Notes under the pieces: model-generated
Seen by the model: only the letters and a program-made list of their open reading frames with translations
What the model was told of the DNA's origin: nothing
Databases searched by the model: none
Translations under genes and position numbers: made by a program
In this document: positions 1 through 9,941 of the stretch, in pieces
Layout of the letters: every line of letters starts with the position of its first letter
Position numbering within the stretch: the stretch's first letter is position 1
From: Macrostomum lignano
Taxonomy: Eukaryota
Assembly: GCA_002269645.1 (NCBI GenBank)
Contig: NIVC01002072.1
Span: forward strand, 1-64,000
Reading direction: 5' to 3'
DNA: 64,000 nt

Positions 1-527
1 TCTTAAGGAAATGGGGCCCGGCGCGCACCCTAGGGGAGAATTTGTACAGGTGCCGTAAGTCCGTTTACGGTCGGCATTTGGGTTCCCTAGCATGGCCGCA
101 AAATGAAGGTCAAGTCTCTCTGAATAGCCAATTTTTCCCTGTCAGGATGTGCCATAGACAACTGGTAGTGGTAGCCGCAGTTTGAGTCAGTGTGCTTTGC
201 CGAGTGAAGCCGTTAGGACTGCCTAAATGGAATTATGTGGAGCCACCCGTTTTTCAATTTGTTTTCTTCGACGCCGCAAGTATGTGGGTTTTGTCTGTGT
301 TTGTGTGTGTGTGAGTGTGTTTGTGTGTTTCGGATCAACTTTTCGGTCTTTACCTGTAGTTGCCCCGGTTTTCTTTTCTTTTCCTTCCCGGTAGTGGGTA
401 CTCCCCAGCTATCCGGCATTCACATGTCACGGCGCGTGGAGATAGGGTCGTAGAAGCTGTGTGCGCAGACGCCCTGGTCAACCACCCTCGGCCGCTGACA
501 CCCAGCAGTTGCCGCCCCGCAGCCGCA

Positions 528-1863
528 ATGGCCGCAGCCGCTGGTAACCAGGTCCCTCAGCCTCCAGAAGCAGTAGTAGTTGAGGAACCAGATGAAGGAG
601 TAGCAGCTCCCGCTCCCAATCAGGGTGGCGCAGCAGCCGCCGCTGCTCCCCCGGACGCAGCCCAGAATCCTCCTCAGGCAGTCCCGCAGCTAGGAGACTT
701 AGTTGCCGCTATAGCCAATGCGTTTAACCAGCTAAACATGGGCCAAGACGCCCAGAGGCCGAAAATCTACGTAGAAAAGTTCTCTCCCGGCGAACACTGT
801 TTTGTGCAATGGGTAGAGAGAATGATCTACAAGCTGGACGCGGAGAGAACTGTAGGAGATCAGGCTAGGAAGCAGGTGCTCATCTCGCACCTCCCAGGTG
901 AATTTCAGAACTTAGCCTTAGGATTGGACGGGCAATTGCCCTTTGAGCAGTTCGTATCTAGATTAGGAGAGCAGTTGGGCGAGGCCAACACTGATCTGGC
1001 TAAGAGAAATAAGCTGAAGAATCTGAGCCAGAAACCCGGCCAATCACATAGTGCTTTTGCTGCTATGATAAGATCTCAGATAACGGCCATGTTTCCTCAG
1101 ATTCAGGGTGAGCAGAGAGAACAAGAAATCGTGTACACCTACTTGGAACACGCTAAGCTCCCCCGCCAGGTCAGACAAGATCTGTTGAGCCGTCGCTGGC
1201 AGACAATTGAGCAGGTGTTAGAACAGCAGCAAGCCCTGTTAGAAGCCGCAGACTTAGCCGGGAAATGGGACAGTAGTGGCCCGCCCAGGTCTGAGTCCCG
1301 CACCGAAGTCCGTCTGCAACCTCAGCAGCCACCCAGGCCCCCTCGCAAGTGGGTCAGGATGGTGAACCAGGAAGCTGACGAGACGGAGGAGGACGGTGAC
1401 GGCCTATCAGAGATGCAAGAGAGGTTGGGCGCGCTAGAGCAAACGCAAAAGGATCTGCGCAACCAGCTGGTGCAGCTCAATGAAACTATGAAGGCGACAG
1501 CAGAGTCTGTTGCCCAGCTGCCCCAGCAGATGAGGCCCCCTCGCCCCGCCACTCCCAACAGGAACTGGAGGCAGGGCAGGGCGGCTCTAATAGCAGTAGG
1601 AACTGGCGCCAACCCCAGCCCCCGCGCTTGCAATTCAGGAGGCGCCCACGCCGCCGGCGCCGGGTGTGCAGCAGCAGCAATTGCAGCTTCGTGCGCCACC
1701 TGATCGCCATAGGCAAGATTTAGAGGAGTGGGGCAGAGATATGTTAGACGAGGCTACCAGGGAGAGGCAGGAGAGGCTCGCCCAGCTGCGCGCGCAAGCT
1801 CTGATGCCTCCTCCTTCCACGCCTGAAGAGCCCCCGGGTTCGGGAAACCCGTGGGAGGGCTGA
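528..1863 (+). CDS. gag: Gag (retrotransposon capsid-like), with two apparent single-base frameshifts
   Basis: ATG at 528 (MAAAAGNQ...), helical capsid-like core (KFSPGEHCFVQWVERMIY...LKNLSQKPGQSHSAFAAMIRSQ) and a coiled-coil stretch. Adding one base in the G run 1574-1576 and one in the C run 1619-1623 joins it to ...QQLQLRAPP...PGSGNPWEG* (stop 1861-1863). No CCHC knuckle seen. Confidence 0.75.
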
Positions 1864-1904
1864 ATGGCCCGGCCCGAACTCAGCCCCGTTCCCTCTCTAG
1901 GGCC
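1842..1904 (+). promoter_or_regulatory. -1 programmed ribosomal frameshift signal (G GGA AAC plus predicted pseudoknot)
   Basis: X XXY YYZ heptamer at 1842-1848 in the repaired gag frame. Stem GGGCTGA 1857-1863 / TCAGCCC 1880-1886; loop GGCCC can pair with GGGCC 1900-1904. The -1 frame is open towards the protease. Confidence 0.7.
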
Positions 1905-2365
1905 CAGCTTAACCTGCCACGTCCGCCCAGCAAGAAGTTTAGATTTGAGAAGGTACCCGATTTCTATCAGCCAAGACCAGCTGAGGACAACGCGGGAGAG
2001 ATATTGTTGTAGAGTTGCCAATTGAGAATGTTCCCACCCGCCTCCTGGTAGATGGGGGCAGTGCGCTGTCTTTGCTAACAGTCAAAGACTTTACTAAAAT
2101 TACCGGACAGAGTGTGGAGGCCCTGGAGCCCCCATGTGTGAAGGCCGTGTCCTACACGGGCAATGAATTAGAGATGCTAGGCCAGGCCACCCTCACAGCA
2201 GTTATTGGGCTAGAAGAGGTGAGAATCCTCTTTCTGGTCGTTGGCAATTCAGCAGCAGTTTCCCTCCTGGGTAGTGCTTTTCTAGCCAGTACGCATGCTA
2301 TCATAGACTATCGAACAGAAAAGGTTTACTTGCTAGGTGTGAGTCTCCCATTCGACCCCCGCTGA
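1842..2365 (+). CDS. Retropepsin-like aspartic protease (second ORF, reached by -1 frameshift)
   Basis: IVVELPIENVPTRLLVDGGSALSLL (active-site DGG) and LLGSAFL (cf. ILGxDFL). Needs one extra G in 1994-1996 to join the -1 frame. Stop TGA 2363-2365 with another in-frame stop 5 codons later. Confidence 0.8.
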
Positions 2366-2952
2366 GTAACAGATCGGTAGCTAGCCAGTGATTGCTTAAT
2401 TCCCCCCCCCCGATTCGCGTGTCGAAATTTTGCTCGTGTTGCCCCGTTGGAGACCGCTTTTCGCGTATTTACGTATGCCCTCTATTACTCGAATTTATGT
2501 TGTGACCTCGTGCTCGTTGGTGTTGTTTAAATATCTAAGATTTTAGCTCGAAAATTAGGCCCGTACAGTATGCGTTAATTCCCTATCAGTAAATATTAAC
2601 TTGGAAACTAGTAAAATTTCTATGGGTCTGCTCCACAGGAGGTCCTGCCCCGCTGTTTAAGATTTTCTGGGAACAATGGAAGTCTGGGACCGTAGGAAAT
2701 TAGCACCTTTAGGTCTGATTTCGTGTGTTTGTTCACACTTTGTGAAAGTCCGATTTTGGGAAACTTTTAATTGGTTTCGATGAGGCAATAGGGGGGGCAT
2801 TCAATGTAATTAAGTTTATCAGGCAAATGGGGCAGCAATTAGTTTAGAGTAGGCCAGTGGTTTAGTCAATGTAAAGTCAGGTAAGTAATTAAAGTCAAGT
2901 TATGGGGACAGATAGTTCAGAATTAGTAAGTAAGCATTAAGAACCACCAGCA

Positions 2953-3213
2953 TCAGCAGTTGGGAAGCCGCAGAAATAGCTCCAAGAGCAGTAGCCAGTG
3001 CATTGTGAGACCGGCTATTAGGGCCGTCGACAGCACGACCAAATGCCAGGAGCCGTCGGTCTCCACCACAGGGGTTGGCAAGGGCTGTGGAGCGGCAGCC
3101 ACGGGCGTCACCGCGGCGACCGGCGGCGGAGCGTGCGCTCGGGCTGACAACGGCGGTGGTACCGGATGCCAACCCGGCCGGACGCTGGTTCGCTGGCGGC
3201 CCGGCGGTCGCAT
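2953..3213 (-). CDS. Putative small Pro-rich single-pass membrane protein (86 aa), antisense within the LTR element
   Basis: ORF MRPPGRQ...SWHLVVLSTALIAGLTMHWLLLLELFLRLPNC. Its ATG (context gggccATG) is the first after a strong minus-strand acceptor (ttctcattttcAG, AG at 3360-3359). Confidence 0.35.
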   Translation of the reverse strand: MRPPGRQRTSVRPGWHPVPPPLSARAHAPPPVAAVTPVAAAPQPLPTPVVETDGSWHLVVLSTALIAGLTMHWLLLLELFLRLPNC

Positions 3214-3548
3214 GGCCCGGGAGCCGCGGCGCCTATGCCACCAGATGGCGCAGCCGGCCCAGAATCAGAGGGGGCGTCCGGCTCTGAATGGCTGTCTTCG
3301 GGCGCTTCGTAGTCGGACTCCTCTTCAAGGATGGGCTCGGCTACTAGCGGCCGGAATCCTGAAAATGAGAATTTAAGGGATGAAATAGAAGTAGGGAACT
3401 AGCCGGGTATTAGGATGTAGATAGATGGGGATTTTAACTTTATGGCGTGTGGTAGTGGCCTTCCTGGGGGTTTCTTCCTTTCTTCATTCCCTCTCCTTCC
3501 TTGAGCTCTAGGTGATCAAGTAGTGGTAGCCTTCTTCCCCGCCTTCTT

Positions 3549-3917
3549 TTAATGATACACCTCTAAGGATGGCAGTTTTTCGTCTTCCTCTCCTCTGGTA
3601 GAAGGGCAATTGTGGCAGTTTTCCCTAGCAACCTCTCTCAAAATTGTGGCTGATCCTCCTTTTCTTTTCTTTGGTAATGCGCCAAGATGGTGGTAGGTTC
3701 CCCTTTCTCTTTTATAATAGTACATCAAACTGGTGGCAGTCAAATTAATGATTAATTCCTCTTTCGAATTCTTTCGGCTGTTAAGTTTATGAGGGTCTCG
3801 GAGGCATGGATGAGAACTGCGTGCGCGCGTGGCGTTGAAGGAAGAAATCGAAGGGAGTTGGGCCGCATCATCATTTATCCTCCGGAGTCTAATCTCCCAA
3901 ATCCCTCTTCTATTCAT
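3549..3917 (-). CDS. Putative antisense basic ORF (122 aa from ATG 3917; open from ATG 3959) within the LTR element
   Basis: MNRRGIWEIRLRRINDD...; preceded by a possible acceptor cacacattcAG (3947-3946). No family recognised. Confidence 0.3.
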   Translation of the reverse strand: MNRRGIWEIRLRRINDDAAQLPSISSFNATRARSSHPCLRDPHKLNSRKNSKEELIINLTATSLMYYYKRERGTYHHLGALPKKRKGGSATILREVARENCHNCPSTRGEEDEKLPSLEVYH

Positions 3918-4074
3918 ATTAACCAAATTAATTTGTGTGCCTGATCTGAATGTGTGCATGTGAGGTGGGAGTGCGATCTCTGTCGGCTGGAGTACGGATC
4001 TGCCGCGGGCGCGACCGGAGGGTGGTCTCGGTCTGCCCCCTGCTCACAGGTGAGGAAACAGGAAGCGGCGGAAC

Positions 4075-4197
4075 CAGCCAATCAGAGCGCACGGAGACTA
4101 GAGCGAGCGGTCCCAAGCCAACGGCGACCCCGGCCGCAGCAGGTGTGCCTCCCAATGTGCTCAACCAATGGGAAGCCAGCCCCGGCACTATAAGAAG
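4075..4197 (+). promoter_or_regulatory. Putative internal Pol II promoter (CCAAT x3 plus TATA)
   Basis: CAGCCAATCAGAG 4075-4087, CCAAT at 4152 and 4165, TATAAGAAG 4189-4197, about 90 nt before ATG 4288. Confidence 0.45.
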
Positions 4198-4287
4198 ACC
4201 CACGCCTGCCAGAGCTGGAAATCATCAATCAGAGAAATCATTCTGTCCTTCAATCGCTGAAGCATTCTATGAACTATCCAGCTTGAC

Positions 4288-5635
4288 ATGGACACGAAGC
4301 CTACCATCAATCGAATTCAGCTATGCTCCAGCTTACCGTCTGAGCGTCCTGCCAGCCCAGTTAGCCGAAAGCGGCCCGTGACGCCATCCAAGAGGCGGAG
4401 GACGGCCCCGAGCCGCCAGCGGCGGCCTCCGCCAGGGTCGAAGAAGGTGACGAGACAATCGACCCGGCCAATGCTGGGGCGACACCGCGGACATTTCGGA
4501 CATGGCGGCCGAATTCGGCGAGGCGGCCCGCCGCCTGCGTGATGTTCTGCCCAACAGCCGCCGAAGTGTGGACATCGCCCTGCAAAGAGAAGAAGTCGAT
4601 TGGGGTCAGGTGGCTGGCGAACCTTCGGCGACAGCTATGGATCTGGTGCACTGGGTCGGGCCTGAGTCCTATCATGGCCCACTCCAGGCCGAGGACAGGC
4701 ATGCGACTCTAGAGCGCCAACTTCGCGACAACCTGGACCGGCCCTGTCTGCTCATCCTGTCAAAAGCGGCCCTGCTGGGATTGGTTGACAATACGCTGTT
4801 AATGTACATCGAGGCAGCGGCCCAGAGCGCCTACAAATACGCCCTCGGCGACCTAGTCCGGCAGGCCGCCAAGTTCCTCCGCAAGGTTGTGGATGAGGAA
4901 CCATCACACCTGACAGCCCGGCCGCCGTCCTGTGCCCCCATCACAGCAATCTTCAGCACCTGCGATCGGCCGGTCTACAAGAAGGTGATCATCAGCTGCG
5001 CAGCCTCCTCTCAGATGACTAGACAACTGACGCCAACCCAGAGAGCCCGGCTATTGATTGGCCTGGCCAGCTTGGCCAGCCGCTGGGGCATGCTTCCTGC
5101 GGACCTGCCAGGGCTGCTCTGGGGCTTCCTGAGCGAGGGCGCCGAATGGGAAGAGGCTCTCGTCATCCACGACGGCATTCTTGCGGCCTCCGCGCCGGCC
5201 TCTGCGCCCCTCCTCTATGCGCCGTTTGCCACAGTGGCCTGGGCCGCCACTCTCTCGCAACGGTTCAATCGCCGCTGTGGGTGGGTGTTGGCGGCCCTGG
5301 GCGACGTTGAGCCCGGCTACGCGGGCCTGGCCGAGGTGCCCCGTGGCACTTTGCAGCATTTTGCAATCGCGCAGCCGCCCCTGTCTGCACCAACTCTGAC
5401 ACGGCTGCAACAAGTACGGAATGCGGCCTTCGTCGTCCAATGCCAAGCCCTGGGCATCCCGACTCTGCCGCAGTTGAGGGGCGTGCTGCGCAACGACATC
5501 TTGCCTAGCCGATGGCACCGAGTGGTGCTCACGGCCGCGGCAGCCCAACGTTATGTGGAAGCATGGGCAAGTGCCATGGCTCAGGTGGCGGCATATGGCC
5601 CGTACCAGCTAAATCAAGAGGCCCATTTCGAGTAA
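4288..5635 (+). CDS. Unknown accessory protein ORF-X (377 aa uninterrupted from 4502; ~449 aa if two single-base gaps are repaired)
   Basis: Long GC-rich ORF 4502-5635. Adding one C in 4406-4409 and one G in 4476-4479 links it to ATG 4288 with a basic NLS-like motif (RKRPVTPSKRRRT). No domain recognised. Confidence 0.6.
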
Positions 5636-5977
5636 GGATGCTGACTGCCTGCTGAGCGACGTCCGCCGGCCGGTCCGACCCGCCTTTCCGCCCCCTTGCG
5701 TTGTGTGTTTGTCGTGTGTGTGTGTGTGAAATTATCCTATTAATATTCGGTTCTTCCATAATATTCATTTTTAAACTTTAATAACCAATATACGAGTCAT
5801 TGTTGTGTCATTATTCTAAAAATTCCTAAAAATGGCTCTGTGTTGGCTGCTCACTACTTTTACCGTAAGAAAGGCCATATATTATTACTGCAATTGGCTC
5901 AGTTTAAAACGAAAGGCATGGCGAGTGGGTAGATTTCGTTTAACGTATAGGCGAAAGGAAATCAGGTTGGTGATGGG

Positions 5978-6159
5978 ACTTACCGAGTAGTTGTATAGTT
6001 TGGAAAATCGCGCTGAGTGCCTTGGTTGGAAACTGCGACTCCGTGTAGGTTGCAGGCAGCCGGCTCCCGTTATCAGTGGCGCCTTTTATACAGTGGCCAG
6101 CGCACGGCGCGGCGCCTCCCAGCCTACAACCGATCGCCCCGAAGCCCTCTGACTGGCTG
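5978..6159 (-). promoter_or_regulatory. Putative antisense promoter, short leader exon and splice donor
   Basis: Minus strand: CAGCCAGTCAGAG (6159-6147), TATAAAAGG (6090-6082), then an ATG-free leader ending ctcg|GTAAGT (donor 5983-5978). Confidence 0.45.
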
Positions 6160-6678
6160 AAGCGGGGTCCGAGCCTTCAAGGACGCTAGGCCTCCGTGCG
6201 GTTGAACTCCCGGCGAAATTAGCTTATTAATTTACTGCGCTGCATTAGTATTTTTCCCCTGTGTAATCGTCATTCTCCCCGAGGCTCTGCCCTTGGCTGT
6301 GTGCTAGCAACCCTTCCCCCCTTCTTTTTCCCCACTTCCCTCACCCTTCCCCGTTTCCTCTCTTTCCCAGCTGCGCTTCTATCCAATTATGATAATTTAT
6401 TGTTGACAATTCGCTATTTTTCTCCCTACTATTGCGCTGTCTGTGTTTCCCCCCTCCCACTTTAGCCACAGCAACAGTTGAAATTTTTGAAATTCTGTAT
6501 TGCACTCCAACCTATGTATCTCGTGTTGTGAATTTATTGCTATCCCCTCTATTTTATCGCCTTTTTCCATTCCCGCTCGCGGTTTGTTAATTCTGTGATT
6601 TCACGTTCGGTTGAGATCCCGCTCCCGTCTGTGTGGTTCCATGTTGGGCAGTGATGATGACGGAACCAGTTCCGTCAC

Positions 6679-6695
6679 AAAAGGCAGTGGGGGTG
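6679..6695 (+). other. Polypurine tract
   Basis: AAAAGGCAGTGGGGGTG immediately 5' of the LTR start TGATG. Confidence 0.7.
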
Positions 6696-8913
6696 TGATG
6701 TAACCACGCTCTGGTCGCGGGATAGGGCATGGGAACTTTTTCGAAAGTGCCTCCTATCCCGTGCACCCTCTGCACAGAGCTGTCGAGACTCGGCCAGGTC
6801 TCCGACCGGGCCTGGAGACTCCCGCTCTGCTGCACCTCTCCTGCTGCCTTGGTCCCGTCTCTTCTGCCGCCACACCTGCCTTTCCGGAGCCCCTACCCCT
6901 TTCTGTACCTCCCCCTCTACCCTATCTCTTCTGTTCCCGCCCTATTCTTCCTGTACTTTCTCTACCTCCTCCTTTTTTTTGTCTCCCTCTGCACTCTTTT
7001 CCTGCGCTGTCCCCTCTTTCCCTGTGTCTACTTACAGTACTTTGTGTGCTCACCGTCTCCCCATCCCCTCTCAAACTCCCAAACGGTGACGCAAGTCGTG
7101 TGACCCCTTCTCCCCTCGGTGACTCATCGATGACTCATCCCCCTCTCTTGCGCAACCTTTTCTCACGCTATTGTTCTCCTTCCCAAATTTCTCATGTGAC
7201 ACCCACCCCACCTCCGCTTCTATTGTTCTCGTTTTTGCTTCTTTTGTTCTCTCGACCCCCACCAATTATCACATTTTCTCCGATTTTCTCTTTCTTTTGT
7301 TCTCGTTTTCGCACCTAATTATCACCTTTTCTCCAATGTTTACTTTTCCATTGTTCTCAGTTTTCCCCAATTATCCCCGATTTCCAATTCCTTTGTTCTC
7401 GACCCCAGCCCTATTGTTCTCAATGTTTGCTTGCGCAACACTTTCGCGACCACCCGCTGCGCCAATTATCCCCCACCCCACCTCCGGATTGCGCAATTTC
7501 CCGATTTCTCATGTTGCTATGCCGGTCTCATGCTTCTCATCATGACTCATTCTGACGTCATTCTGCCGGCAGCCAATCAGAGAGAGGGAGCCATGGTAAC
7601 GACCTTGAGGAGGCGGCTGTGAGGTCTATAAAAGGAAGCGATTTCGGCATGAGAATACTCAACTGAGTTTATCTCTGTTCCTCTCCTCGTCCTTCTTTGG
7701 ACTTGCTGTCAGATTGAGTTCTGACCCATTCGTCTATAAGACGAATCCCTGCCGGTCCGCGGTCTGTTACCGCCAAGTTATCCTTAGCTCCCCAAGTGAG
7801 CTCGCCTATCGGCCAGCGGTCTGATACCGCCCAGCATCATCAGCATCGCCTGATCTACATCAGCGCCTCGTCGCTCCAGCGCATCGCCGCTTCACCGTCT
7901 GCCTGACTGCAGCCTACAGCCGCCCTCGGTCACTCCGTCTCTCTCTCTCTCTCTGTGCAGCTGCCGGTAAGTTCCTGCTACTAATTTGTGCTCTAATTGC
8001 CTTTGCTTATCCGGGGTTTGCCTATTTTCCATTGTCTGATTAGAGAGCTGAGCCAATTGTGATACCGTATCTTTTGCTGTATTTTACTCAATAGTGAAGC
8101 TGCCTAATTGCCTGCTTATTTGCCTAAGGGCCTAATTATTAACTATTAACTAACTTCATCATTATTCAATCTTTCACCATCATTTCACTCATGGCTTGCT
8201 AAGCCTTTCTCCCGGGGTGGCAAAGCATAAGGAAGTTTGGGTAAGCTAATGGCCTCTCCCCGTGCAAAGCCCGCCTGTGAGTGCGTGATGCGGGGCCGCG
8301 TGTGCGTGCAGTAGAGGGATTAGCGAGTCTTGGCACAGAATGGCAGTAGGAAGGTTGCAACCCCATGCTAACGCGTCCCTTCGCCCTGAGCAATCTAAAC
8401 TGTAGACAGTACATGTTCGCCTCATACTACTCTTAGTAATCAAAGTCGCAAGTCAGCCTCGCTCACAGCCACAAAGGATCCCCTGCTGAGAAATCCTCCA
8501 GGATTGAGCCCAGAGTTCCCGATCATGCCCCAAGCAGAGTCCCTGTACTCGGCTGCATGCGTCTCCCCTGTTAGCCTAAATCCCCTGGTAACCAATCCAG
8601 GCGGGGCTCTAGCCTCGAGAGGTCTGGTAGAAAGATCCAGGTGCGCCAGGTCACATAGAGTGGTGGCAGCCACTCGGTCATACCATGACCGAGTGACCAA
8701 CTATTGCACCTTGGCTACAGGTGGGGTCCATGTGGGTCCTTGGCCCTCTGGTCACGAAGCGCTACCAAAGCTACTAATCATGTGGGCGGGACAGTCTGGT
8801 GCTGGAGGTCCGTCAGGTCATTGCCCGGTCATAGGCAGCCTACGGTCATTGCCCCCTCTAGCCATGCGTTCGTCTCTCTACGGAGCGGACAGGCGACAAG
8901 GGCGGTTACATCA
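6696..8913 (+). repeat. 3' LTR (~2.2 kb)
   Basis: TG...CA ends with a 10-bp terminal inverted repeat TGATGTAACC/GGTTACATCA. Contains AP-1-like TGACTCA sites, CRE TGACGTCA, CAGCCAATCAGAG 7570-7582 and TATAAAAGG 7627-7635. The second LTR is not in the window, so it cannot be confirmed by pairing. Confidence 0.7.
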
Positions 8914-9302
8914 CTTTTATAAATAGTGCTCCCCCGGATAAATTTGACCCGGACATATTGGGTACAGTTTTTTTTCATTTAAAACCATGCCGCAGAGGAT
9001 AACGGTATCGTACCAAATGACTCAGGACATGACACAAGCTGGAATGCAACCTGGAATGCAACTGGCCTGAGGCTTCGGACATGTATATACTGCTCATAGC
9101 AACTTTCTATCACCGGAGTATCTATACGAGTATAGTAACTTTTCAAACTGACATTGCGCAGCACTAACGAGAGGCTAGTGTACATTGCCGACTAATGATA
9201 GTGACCTGAGGACAGCACCCCCTGAACACAGTGCTGATGACAGAGTGCACCCTGAGGACATTCAAACAGGAACTGCAGTTCACAAAAAGCACAACACCCT
9301 CA

Positions 9303-9653
<351 letters not shown>

Positions 9654-9775
9654 TCACAAATTTGACTGTTGCGGCGGCATTCTCAGACAACAAGTACAAG
9701 CCAGCTCAAGATCTGCAAGTGAAAATAGTATACAGTCTTATTTAAACATATGGATAAACTTCCCTCTGGTCAGCC

Positions 9776-9865
9776 CCGGTGATAGCTCAGTTGGTAAAGC
9801 GGAGGACTGTAGAGTGCAAATGTGCAGTGATCCTTAGGTCGGTGGTTCAAATCCGCCTCACCGGA
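9776..9865 (+). tRNA. tRNA-Tyr(GTA) with 17-nt intron (9813-9829)
   Basis: Acceptor stem CCGGTGA/TCACCGG, A73, D arm TAGCTCAGTTGGTAAAGC, anticodon GTA 9809-9811, T arm GGTGG-TTCAAAT-CCGCC, TTTT terminator 9871-9874. Confidence 0.92.
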
Positions 9866-9941
9866 AATTCTTTTGTCTTTAACGCCGTTCATTATTCCAT
9901 TTGTACTTATTGCTAATCATCCTACCGAAATTAACGTTTTA

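Larger units (their letters stand above)
1..8913 (+). mobile_element. Ty3/Gypsy-like LTR element, 3' part; gag-pro only, no recognisable pol, with accessory ORFs (5' LTR outside window)
   Basis: Gag-like ORF, slippery heptamer, retropepsin ORF, purine tract at 6679-6695 directly before a 2.2-kb segment bounded by TGATGTAACC...GGTTACATCA. No RT/RNase H/integrase motifs seen in the ORF track between 2365 and 6695. Confidence 0.8.

Noticed and set aside
2048-2065. Protease motif DGG instead of DTG/DSG as a sign of inactivation
   Set aside because: DGGS variants occur in retrotransposon proteases and the catalytic Asp is present.
2363-2400. Stop-codon readthrough from protease into RT
   Set aside because: Another in-frame stop follows within 5 codons and no RT motifs appear downstream in any frame.
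4502-5635. ORF-X as an env gene
   Set aside because: No signal peptide, furin site or clear C-terminal TM anchor seen.
8504-8926. ORF with GLVERS resembling an integrase motif
   Set aside because: No supporting DDE context; it lies inside the LTR after the PPT and is probably a chance GC-rich ORF.
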